The notes under the pieces: model-generated
Told to the model about the DNA's origin: nothing
The model's database searches: none
Seen by the model: the letters and a program-made list of their open reading frames with translations, nothing else
Made by a program: the position numbers and the translations under genes
Shown: piece after piece, positions 55,168 to 64,000 of the stretch
Numbering within the stretch: position 1 is the first letter of the stretch
Layout: each line of letters opens with the position of its first letter
From: Naegleria gruberi
Taxonomy: Eukaryota
Length of the DNA stretch: 64,000 nt
Reading direction: 5' to 3' (one strand)
Assembly: GCA_000004985.1 (NCBI GenBank)
Contig: GG738884.1

Positions 55168-57408
55168 TTACAAATTATTTGCAGCATTGTTGCTCGATTG
55201 AACTTGATAAATTTCATGCCAATGTTGAAACTCTGATGTCTCTACAAGTCTACTCAATGTATCATTCAAATTAACAATAATTTCATCAGAGAATAATTCG
55301 TATAATTGGATGGCAGTGGATGAATTGGTTGTTGCATTCTTTTTCATTTCCATGAAGGAACGTCTGGTGTTGGATGGAATATTGAGCTCGAAATTTGAGT
55401 TGGCAGCAATGAAATCATCATTAATTTCATCAAGTATTGAGATTTCTAATGTGGAATTGCCGAATTGCTTTTTGAGTTGAGTAATTTTTTCAAAAAAGAA
55501 TATATTTTCCAAACTAAACTCTTTGGAAGAAAATTCTTTGAAAATTAATTTGAAATTATCATCCTTGAGGAAATTTTCCAATTCTGAAAGGGTTTGGTGA
55601 TTTCTCTTTCGTAAAATGGTGTGAAAAGTTTCGAATATTAATGCGAAACCTCCACACATGAAAATAAACAAGACACTCTCAAAGAAGAAATAAACTCTCA
55701 GATTCGAAGGGTCACAAACATGAATAATCGCCACAATCAACAGAAGAATCATGGAAAGTAAATCCACTCTTACCTTAAATGGATCATCATATTTCAGAAA
55801 GCTGACTAAACCTTTCGTCTTGATCTTTTTCCAATTCACAATACAATCCACAATAACAGTTGCAATTCCCAATGAACATCCCACAAGAATGTAAATTACA
55901 AAACTAATATTTGTAACTGAGAAAACTTCCTCTTCAAACATGAAAATGTCAAAAAACATGGCCATTCCATGAAGAGAAAAAACTACTGAGCTAATAGCCG
56001 AAAGTAGAATAATCAAAAGAATTGAATTCAATGGTGAAACTAATCTTTTCACAATTGATATTTGACCAATTTTCTTATTGACCAGAAGTGGATTATTAAG
56101 CAATGAATACAAATTTCTCAACATGTAAAATCTGACAACTGTCAAGACATAACTTGCAATAATCCAAGTAATGACAAACATTCGAATATAATTAATAACT
56201 TGTAAGCAAGCTTTGTTAAAATAATATGAATGAGTCAACTCGAAAAAGTAAATAGAAATAGGTAAATAAGGAACAAGTAATCTTCTCTTAAACGAATCCT
56301 TTAGGAAAAATCTTGAACTAAACAAGATAATAAAATACAATGTTACAATAATGAGAGTAGGAATATTCCAATAATCTTGATTGGCAGAAATATAATCATT
56401 ACATGTACTCTCAGTGCAAAAGTGATATTGTGAAGAATAATAATTCGAATAAACATTTTCTAGACTAAACTGTTGAGGAAATGAAGAAACATTTAGGAAT
56501 TGAAGAGTTTTTAGCATCATTTTGTCAAATGCCAATGAATCTGACGTGAAATTGACGGGAGAATTACCATAGGTAAGTAATAGATAATTGATAAATTCAA
56601 GATCTTGTGTTGTGACCTTTCCAAATTCGAAATATTGATTCAATGTAATTATATCCGAAACGTAGTAAGAATTTTTGGGATTAAATGTGGAATTTCCCAA
56701 CATGAAGAAAGGGTACACATCATATTCATAACCTACATTGGAAGGAGCCAATTTGATTGGCAGAAAATCAGACGGATTGATCAAGGTTGTTTCGTTCCAT
56801 TGACTTTCTGTCAGTTTCTCAGATGAAACTTTTCTCTTACCAGTTGATTCTCTATAATAACGAATGACATCAAAAAAATCTCCTGGTAGTGCAATTATTA
56901 CATCAAAGTCTTCAAATACATGTCTTGGTCGACAGTTTCGTCTGTAGAATAAGAAAGGAGAAATCGAATAACTTTTTCCTTCGTGAGTTGTTTGTACATC
57001 CATGTCTATTCCATGATATTTGAGTAAATTACTAAACAACAACACTTGATGTCTGTCAATGCCAATCTTCAAGATGTTTGTGCCCATGCTTGTATTATTA
57101 TTCCTAATGATACTTATCAAATCGTCCAAGGAAGATATACGAAACTCTTGGCTGATTTGATTCCATATGAAAGCAACCAAGTGTTGTTGAATGAAAACAA
57201 TAGGAAGAGATGGAGAAAGATATCCTTTTCTAATATAGTTAGAATTCACATACGAATCATTCCATTTAAATTGATGCAAATTATAGTGAACTGACCAGTC
57301 CAAGACATCTTTCGAATAGAGTTCAGCTGAATGGATTAGCGCACTAGTTGATAATAGAAGTAAAACAACAACTTTAACCACATGTGTGGTGGCATGAGCT
57401 GTTTTCAT
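55168..57408 (-). CDS. Hybrid receptor: signal peptide, large N-glycosylated ectodomain, 7 predicted TM helices and a C-terminal RGS domain
   Basis: N-terminal hydrophobic leader VVKVVVLLLLSTSALIHSA. About seven hydrophobic segments lie between residues 340 and 590. The C-terminal FSSKEFSLENIFFFEKITQLKKQ... matches the RGS box (SxENxxFW). Confidence 0.6.
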   Translation of the reverse strand: MKTAHATTHVVKVVVLLLLSTSALIHSAELYSKDVLDWSVHYNLHQFKWNDSYVNSNYIRKGYLSPSLPIVFIQQHLVAFIWNQISQEFRISSLDDLISIIRNNNTSMGTNILKIGIDRHQVLLFSNLLKYHGIDMDVQTTHEGKSYSISPFLFYRRNCRPRHVFEDFDVIIALPGDFFDVIRYYRESTGKRKVSSEKLTESQWNETTLINPSDFLPIKLAPSNVGYEYDVYPFFMLGNSTFNPKNSYYVSDIITLNQYFEFGKVTTQDLEFINYLLLTYGNSPVNFTSDSLAFDKMMLKTLQFLNVSSFPQQFSLENVYSNYYSSQYHFCTESTCNDYISANQDYWNIPTLIIVTLYFIILFSSRFFLKDSFKRRLLVPYLPISIYFFELTHSYYFNKACLQVINYIRMFVITWIIASYVLTVVRFYMLRNLYSLLNNPLLVNKKIGQISIVKRLVSPLNSILLIILLSAISSVVFSLHGMAMFFDIFMFEEEVFSVTNISFVIYILVGCSLGIATVIVDCIVNWKKIKTKGLVSFLKYDDPFKVRVDLLSMILLLIVAIIHVCDPSNLRVYFFFESVLFIFMCGGFALIFETFHTILRKRNHQTLSELENFLKDDNFKLIFKEFSSKEFSLENIFFFEKITQLKKQFGNSTLEISILDEINDDFIAANSNFELNIPSNTRRSFMEMKKNATTNSSTAIQLYELFSDEIIVNLNDTLSRLVETSEFQHWHEIYQVQSSNNAANNL

Positions 57409-57615
57409 TTTCTTAATGTTTCGTTCAGTTTACACATGTGTTTAATTCTCATCCTTTCTTCGACTCGGCTAATAGGTTACCAACAACAAATTGCGATAGA
57501 AGACCACAATTCAGAACCTTGACTGAATCTCAAAAAGGCAAGTACTCAATAGTGCATGTGGTTAGCAACGTAATCGTAGCATGCTATCTTGGACACATTA
57601 CAACATTTTGAATGA

Positions 57616-57757
57616 GATTTAGGCTAATTGCAAAGTATCGCTTTTCTTCATTGGTATGTTAACCGCTAGAATCTCTTTTCTGGAAGTTGAAGCTCAAATA
57701 ATCGACATTTCTATTGGATCAGAAGTTATACAAATAATTGTTTAGGCTAATTGCATG
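57616..57757. promoter_or_regulatory. Two direct copies of a 15-nt motif tttaggctaattgca, about 125 bp apart, in the divergent promoter between the 7TM-RGS gene and the secreted basic protein gene
   Basis: Exact 15/15 match at 57618..57632 and 57742..57756, and nowhere else in the window. Confidence 0.35.
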
Positions 57758-57828
57758 AAGAAGAGGACTGATGGTCTCTCTTTGCTATCATCCAAACACG
57801 AAAACGTGTGGTGAAACATTTCAAAAAA

Positions 57829-58830
57829 ATGGTCAAACTAAACTATTTGATATTTGCAGTTCTTATTTGTTTGGCAATTGTTGTTTCTCAAGTTAGATGT
57901 GGTGGTCAAGATTGTGATCCTTCCAAGGTTGGTTCTGGAATCCATACTCTTTATGTTGAAGATGAAGAAATGCTGAACTCACTCATGAATAAGAAACATA
58001 TTGTAAAGTTAACTAAAGCAGGAAGAAAGAATGTTTACAGAAAGCTTACTCGTGGAGGAAGAAGAAACAGCAAGATGTTGAGAAGATTAGTTAAAAGACA
58101 AGTAGCTCGTAAGATTTCCCATGAAAAAACAGAGAAGAGAGGAAGAATTGGTCATTCGGTCCATAATAAGGTTTCCAATAACAACAAACATGCTAAAACT
58201 AAGGTTTCCAACAAAAAACTCCATTCTAAAGCTGTTTCCTCTCCAAACAACACCAACAAGAGAGTCTCAGACGTTAAACCTCGTGAAACAAGAGATATTG
58301 GAAAGAGTGAAAACGAAAAACCTGCTCCAATCGAAACCAAGAAGACTCCAAAAGATGTTAACAATATGACAGCTCAAGAAATCATCAACCAATCAATTGC
58401 TACATTTGACGGTGCAGTTGGCCCTAGCAATAAGGCTCTTCCAAACAGAAGAATTCTTACAAGCAAGAAAGGTATTCTCAAGGAACAAGATGAAGATTAC
58501 AAACGCCAACAAGAAAAACAAGAAATGTGGGAACCAATCGACACTTCTTGTGTTGCTTGTAGAGTTGACTGTATGAAAACCTATTCTCAAGTTGGTGGCA
58601 GTATTTTTGAATCATGCAAATTCCAATACTATTACTATGGATGTAAATATCATGACGAATGTTTTATGGCTACAACTACATCAGATGAGAAAATTAAGGG
58701 CATGCTAGGAATTTGTTTGTTGAGAAATGGATGTAAATTGAAGGGTGAATGGAATTCCTATGGAGTAGATGACGCTGTTACTGGAAGATTGCTTGGAAAA
58801 CTTCGTGCATCCAATGAAAAACCAGAATAA
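57829..58830 (+). CDS. Secreted basic protein with a C-terminal Cys-rich domain, about 334 aa
   Basis: Signal peptide MVKLNYLIFAVLICLAIVVSQVRC, a Lys/Arg-rich middle, and C-terminal cysteines (CVACRVDC...CKFQYYYYGCKYHDEC...CLLRNGC). No family recognised. Confidence 0.5.
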   Translation: MVKLNYLIFAVLICLAIVVSQVRCGGQDCDPSKVGSGIHTLYVEDEEMLNSLMNKKHIVKLTKAGRKNVYRKLTRGGRRNSKMLRRLVKRQVARKISHEKTEKRGRIGHSVHNKVSNNNKHAKTKVSNKKLHSKAVSSPNNTNKRVSDVKPRETRDIGKSENEKPAPIETKKTPKDVNNMTAQEIINQSIATFDGAVGPSNKALPNRRILTSKKGILKEQDEDYKRQQEKQEMWEPIDTSCVACRVDCMKTYSQVGGSIFESCKFQYYYYGCKYHDECFMATTTSDEKIKGMLGICLLRNGCKLKGEWNSYGVDDAVTGRLLGKLRASNEKPE

Positions 58831-58978
58831 ACTGTATCATGTTTGGTAATGAAATGGAGAAGGAAAATAGTAATTAAATTCTTGGTTGGGAAAGAGCAGA
58901 AATGGCTAAAATCAAATTTTGAATAATTAAGGAAGATTCAACTATCAATAGAGAATACCTTAGTAAAAGTCCTGCTGC

Positions 58979-61929
58979 CTATTTTAATATTTTGTTGATT
59001 TTAGTACAGAAAACATCAGCTGTTGTTCTTAGAGAAAGAGATGATGTAGGTGGTGATCCAAAACAAGATCTATATTGGCATCTATTACCATAAAAGCCAA
59101 AATTACAATCACACTTGTCAAGTCCGTTGCAAATTCCATTTCCACTACAAACTAAACCATTATTGGCATAAATTCCATAACATTTAGAATACTGACAATA
59201 GGTACCAATTGAATCAGCACAATTAGAACAAGTTTCTGGAGCTATACAGAGTCCTCTGCCAGAACAAACTGTTGAATTGGAAGGAGAAATTGAATTACAT
59301 GTATAATTGGAACAAGTCAAACCAGAATAACCTTCATCACATAGACAAGAATTTGGAGATTGGCAATGGCCATGTGAAGAACAAACAGAAGGGTCTGTAG
59401 AATTCACACCAAAACATGTATACTCTTCTCTAGTAACTATTGCTGCACGACCATCAGAACAAGCAGTCAAATATGGAATTCCATCAAAGTATTGTCTTGG
59501 ATACAGTGCAGGTGTTGAAATTGTGGTAGAAAATCCTTGACTTGGATTTGTTTCATAAGCATTGTTAATTCCTGCAGTATACAGATTACCCTTTCTACTA
59601 ATAATATAAAATCTTCCAGAATAATCACATATATCCACAACATAGGAATCACCTATTGGTAAACTAGGTTTAATTGGTGATCCGTAGACATAATAAAATT
59701 GTCCTGTAGTGGAAATTAGTAACAAGTTAGTGTAAAATCCAATATACATTTTCCTAAATTTGATGTTTCCATTCATTCTTACAAAAGTTGGCTGATTTTC
59801 TAATCCACTATTTGAAATAAATCTCTCAGACCCTCCATTCCTACCACATCCATACACGTTTCCTCTATCTGTTAAAAGGAAAACATTATTCTGACCTGCC
59901 CTAATGTCAACAATTTGTTCATCAGGAGTTAAGAAGGAAGTGGTATTAATTTGAGTAAAGGAAGTGAAGGTACTTGTGGGTGCAGAGCTTCCTAATCCCA
60001 TCTGATAATAATTGTTTGCACCAATTCCCCACAATGTATCATTGTTAAATAGTACATAAGTATTTGCACTACCAACAGCTACCTTTTTTACATCATTTGC
60101 AAATAATACTGGACTATTGATGTTCGAAGATACTCCATTAAATGCTGAAGAAAGACCCCAACCATACACTTCTCCACTATTTGTAAATGCTATGGCAGTA
60201 TTATGTCTGATATCTATTGTTGAAATGTCTTTGTCTACAAAGGTTTGAGGGGCACTTTTTGGTGTCAATGATGGAACTCCAAAATTCAAACTATTACTAC
60301 AATCTCCCCAATAATCTAGAGCATTGAAATTTCCTGTTTCATTGTGTAACTTAGAGAAAACAAACATACACGATATTCCACCAACGATTTTAGAGACTGT
60401 GACATTTCCAGAGGCAAATGACGAAATTGAAAGCTTTCTTGGATATCTAATAGCACGTTCCTCTCCCAAAGTCAACACGGAAGCGGTATTGCTAGTTCCC
60501 CAAACATTCACTGATCCATCTGAGGTTATTGTCAAACCATGCACATTTGAAATTCTTGCCATAATTACTTGAGCATCATTTACCATGGTGACCTTATCGT
60601 AATTTGGTGTTGAGCTATGTCCAAGAAAATTAACATAACCCCACGAAACCATGTAGCCAGAGTTGAGTAAACATGCTGACGAATATCCAGCAGCAAAGCA
60701 CTCTGTGGTATTTTCAGTAATATTAATTCTCGTTGGGACATAGATTGATGTTATTGAGGAGTCTGGATATGATTGCTTGTAGGTATTATCTCCAAAACCA
60801 TAAACATCTCCACTATCCAATGTGACCAATGCATGTCCATATCCAAACACTACTCTTATCACTTTGGACGGAAGTAAAGTCACAGGTTGTGGAAACTCAC
60901 TTGTAGCATTGACTGTTGAGTTCCAACCTAACAATCCATAATAATTACTTCCCCATGTCCATAAAACACCATTTATATCAATGGCACCAGCTGCAGTTCT
61001 TCCAACTTCAGCATTACCTGGTCTTTGACCAGATGAAATTGTTGTAATATTTCTGAGTGATGGAATCATGTAGGGAATATATTCACTATTACTAAGTGGA
61101 GTACCTCTTAACCCAAGATTATGACATCCATAACTAAATACATGTCCATAATTGGTTACTGCAAATATTGTTTCACATGTATAGTATCCACCAATCGCCA
61201 CAGATACAAACTTGACATTTGTTAAAATTTGGGAAGTGTCTGGATCTGTGTATTGAGTGAAAGAGAATAATCTTGCCCAAATGCCTCCTGTGTTATGATA
61301 ATAAACCCATCCATCACTTGTCAATATTATACATGAACGAATACAGCTCATGTATGCTATCTTTCTACTACTTGAAAATGGATTACTGGCCTTACCAGCA
61401 TCAGTGTAAATGTAAATTAATTCTATGGATTATTTCAAAAGGGATTACAAACTAAACTAACTTAAATCTTACCTGGTTCTGACATGATTGCAGGAGGATT
61501 GAGCACTGCAGCTTGTCCATTTTCATTACTACCAGACACAAATACATATTGTCCTAGAGAATTATTAGTTGTTGTGTTGTAATATTCTAAAATATAAAAC
61601 ATGGCATGATGATGATTGACCAATTGTTGAACACTGTGTGAAACATCAAATCTTTCAATGCCACTCGCTAATTTCCATGATTCCGTACTATTTACCAGTA
61701 ATTTCTGTAGGATTGTATTAGAAATTGGATAGGTTGATGTTGGTACTGTTAATGCACCAAAACCATTGCTATTAAAATCTCCAAATGTATAGAGGTTTTT
61801 GCTGTTGATTACGTCTTGCGCTTCTACTTGTGTTAATATTACTGCATAATGTATTACTAAACAGGACAACAGAATTATAAAACAATAAATTCGTGATGAT
61901 GAATTGACTGCTGCAGAAAGTGTTAACAT
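58979..61929 (-). CDS. Secreted RCC1-like beta-propeller protein with C-terminal tandem EGF-like repeats. Exons 61929..61473 and 61422..58979.
   Basis: Signal peptide on the 5' exon. A 50-nt GTAAGA..CATAG intron. Repeated GxG..h..G.V(Y/W)..G.N..GQLG-like blades (GYGHALVTLDSGDVYGFGDNTYKQ). The C-terminal Cys spacing (C..G.C....C.C..G..G..C) is EGF/tenascin-like. Confidence 0.65.
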
Positions 61930-62033
61930 CTTTTTTTTTGTCTATTGATTATGATGCCTTGACAGAATCAATCTTTTACGGTGAAATTCAGTGATAAAGA
62001 TCTTGCACTTGCCATTTGTGGTAGGTGAGCATG

Positions 62034-64000
62034 TTAAAGAAAATCAAGGGTTGTAAAGTATTTGGGAAGGTAGAAATCTGAAGAATAGCTCAATTTCATT
62101 CTCTTGAAGAGTAGGTCCTTAATATATTCAGCTTGCATTGTATCCAGTGATTCAAGTGAAAAATATCCACATTGTTTTAGAGCTTCAAGTTCTAGAGTTT
62201 CATCAGTAAACCTTGAGTAATGGTATAAAAATCCACATGACCGAACAGCTCTCAGGTTGAATTCCCAATCTTCCATAATTTCGTGTGGTACAAATGAATA
62301 AAATTGAAATGCTGTTTCAAATTTGTTAATGCATGATAATACTATTTCAGGATCTGATTTAACTTTCAAAGCCAAATGTTGAATCAAATATGTATTCTTC
62401 TTACAAACTTCCACAACAGTTTGCTTATCTTTTTCATATATAGCTTGTTGAATCTGATGATCAATATAGTCAAAGTAGTTTGGGTATTTTTGCATAACTT
62501 CAATGAGCAGATCTATCAGTTCAATTTGCATCTCAGAGGATGAATAAATTAAAGAAACTGGGTGTTTTCTGATGAGGTCTAATTGTTTCTCTGGTGGAAA
62601 ACATTCAATTAGTGATGGATGATTATTTAACATTTCATCGACCAAAGCTTCTTCTTCCAAAAAGTGTGGTGGAATAATTTCCAGCCAACCATCATTACAC
62701 CTATCGTTAGATAACAGAGCTCTCACGAATTCTCTATCATTTTTCATATATTCTGGCACTTCTATATCAGTAATTTTTCTACATTTTTGTGCCATGAATA
62801 ATAGAATATCCTTGTCTTGCTTGAGTTGTGGAGAAATAAACTCATAATTTTCAATATCAACTCTTAAAGATATCAATATTAATTCCTTATCATTACGTAA
62901 TTTTTCATTCAGTAAATCCACGAAAAGACAGTCATACGGCTTATTCTCACAAATTATTTGTAAAGCGTCCATAATAAATTCTCTATTACTTCCAAGCTCT
63001 GAGCATTCTAAAGTTTTACGCAACTTTGGATCTATTGATAAATATCTCAAGCAAAATTCTGGATCTGATTTCAACTTAATGGAAGCCAAACTGAATATAC
63101 AATGATCAATTTCAATAAGTTTCAAAACAAATTCTGGATCTTCCATCAGGCTCTTATGCGCAAATTGAAAACTCTGTGACTTGGAAATACAAGCCTTTTC
63201 AACTATTTCCTTATCTTTTCTGAAAGATTCATCTGCAAATTCAAGACTCAAGCCATCATTAATAACAGCACATAAAGTAATTTCTCTATCGAGTTTCAAC
63301 TGATCAGAAATAAATTTCAAACAATAGCCATTGGTTTTAAGTACTTGTATCATTTTACACTTGTCATTCCTTATTTCAAATGGGAGGTCTTCAAATTTTG
63401 AGTTTTTGTAGGGATCTTCAATATGATAACCTAGTATATCTATATCATTAACAGCCAAAAAAACATGCTTATTTTCTTGTAACACTTTCTTAAACCATTC
63501 TTCATTGTACAATAATGATTCATCTGCACTTTCAATGGAATAAATCGATTTCTGAACAGCTTTTGACATGAAATCTTCAGATTTCAATAGGTCTTCATCA
63601 ACTCCGCAAAGATATCTATGATCCGACTCCACAATTTCTAGAATAAACTCAATATCACTAGCAAGTTTATCTGCTAGAAATTCCAAAACATGGAATGTTT
63701 GAAACTTTGACTTTAACATTGCTCTTACAATTTCCTTGTCTCCTCTCAATTCTTCACTTCCTGCAGCAAACATGCCATTATAAACAGAGATTAGTCTCAA
63801 TAGTAATTCTCTATCTTTTACACAAACAGCTTCTAATGGAATAAAGTTAATGATAGTATCTCCACTATCAACCCAAAATCTATCACAATACTTTTCCATA
63901 ATTTCAGCAAACATTATACCATCCCGTATCAATTCAATAGGACAAAACACAGGAAGTGTAGAAGAGGTTTTTACATGAAAATCAACATATTCCAAATATC
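62034..64000 (-). CDS. DUF4116 repeat protein. The ORF is open to the window end (63995 is a TTG codon), so the real 5' end lies beyond 64000.
   Basis: Many about 35-residue repeats of the form L(K/R)ND(K/R)E(F/I)(V/I)L.A(L/V)..(D/N)G..L(E/K)(F/Y)(A/I)S..LK.D, typical of DUF4116. Confidence 0.55.
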   Translation of the reverse strand, partial: YLEYVDFHVKTSSTLPVFCPIELIRDGIMFAEIMEKYCDRFWVDSGDTIINFIPLEAVCVKDRELLLRLISVYNGMFAAGSEELRGDKEIVRAMLKSKFQTFHVLEFLADKLASDIEFILEIVESDHRYLCGVDEDLLKSEDFMSKAVQKSIYSIESADESLLYNEEWFKKVLQENKHVFLAVNDIDILGYHIEDPYKNSKFEDLPFEIRNDKCKMIQVLKTNGYCLKFISDQLKLDREITLCAVINDGLSLEFADESFRKDKEIVEKACISKSQSFQFAHKSLMEDPEFVLKLIEIDHCIFSLASIKLKSDPEFCLRYLSIDPKLRKTLECSELGSNREFIMDALQIICENKPYDCLFVDLLNEKLRNDKELILISLRVDIENYEFISPQLKQDKDILLFMAQKCRKITDIEVPEYMKNDREFVRALLSNDRCNDGWLEIIPPHFLEEEALVDEMLNNHPSLIECFPPEKQLDLIRKHPVSLIYSSSEMQIELIDLLIEVMQKYPNYFDYIDHQIQQAIYEKDKQTVVEVCKKNTYLIQHLALKVKSDPEIVLSCINKFETAFQFYSFVPHEIMEDWEFNLRAVRSCGFLYHYSRFTDETLELEALKQCGYFSLESLDTMQAEYIKDLLFKRMKLSYSSDFYLPKYFTTLDFL

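Overview
This window is about 64 kb of AT-rich nuclear DNA from a unicellular eukaryote, with a standard genetic code (TAA/TAG/TGA stops and long stop-free ORFs). GC is roughly 30-38% over most of the window and falls to about 11-25% in the first 3 kb. It is gene-dense: I can support about 40 protein-coding genes on both strands.

Spacing between genes is short:
- Convergent 3' ends lie 0-120 bp apart, and one pair shares a TTAA stop.
- Divergent promoters span 0.4-1.2 kb.

Introns are sparse and short GT-AG, 38-125 nt, with GTAAGT, GTATGT and GTTTGT donors. Many proteins carry Asn/Gln/Lys/Glu-rich low-complexity inserts.

I found no rRNA, tRNA, CRISPR array, transposon or prokaryote-like operon. 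The window therefore looks like an ordinary compact protist chromosome arm. I could not identify the organism; a CEP164-like gene suggests a lineage with centrioles or flagella.

Recognisable genes:
- Signalling and regulation: an ERK-type MAPK 3' end, a SET-domain methyltransferase, a Rac/Rho GTPase, a RasGAP, cyclin H, a PAS-domain protein, a 7TM-RGS hybrid receptor and a calpain.
- Metabolism and nucleic-acid processing: an MBL-fold hydrolase, IMP4 (Brix), a PPAT-like nucleotidyltransferase, the methionine-salvage enzyme MtnB, endonuclease III (NTH1), ALG8, primase large subunit PRIM2, PinX1 (G-patch) and RPAP2/Rtr1.
- Organelle, proteostasis and ubiquitin: TIM44, Fes1/HspBP1, a UBE2H-type E2, an F-box protein, a RING-H2 protein, a UBAC2-like rhomboid pseudoprotease with a UBA domain, and a Pmp3 proteolipid.
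- Cytoskeleton-related and secreted: a CEP164-like WW/coiled-coil protein, an LRR/coiled-coil/EF-hand protein, an RCC1-propeller/EGF secreted protein and a DUF4116 repeat protein.
- Several orphan genes.

The most interesting observations:
- A VHL beta-domain-like ORF lies next to the calpain gene.
- An intron-dense gene encodes an internally duplicated lectin-like protein of unknown family.
- Frame disruptions fall exactly on conserved motifs: the UBE2H catalytic Cys codon, the VHL-like ORF and the calpain core. The Rho switch II region lacks two conserved residues in frame. These could be pseudogenisation, editing or assembly errors.
- The NTH1 and ALG8 genes overlap at a shared TTAA stop.
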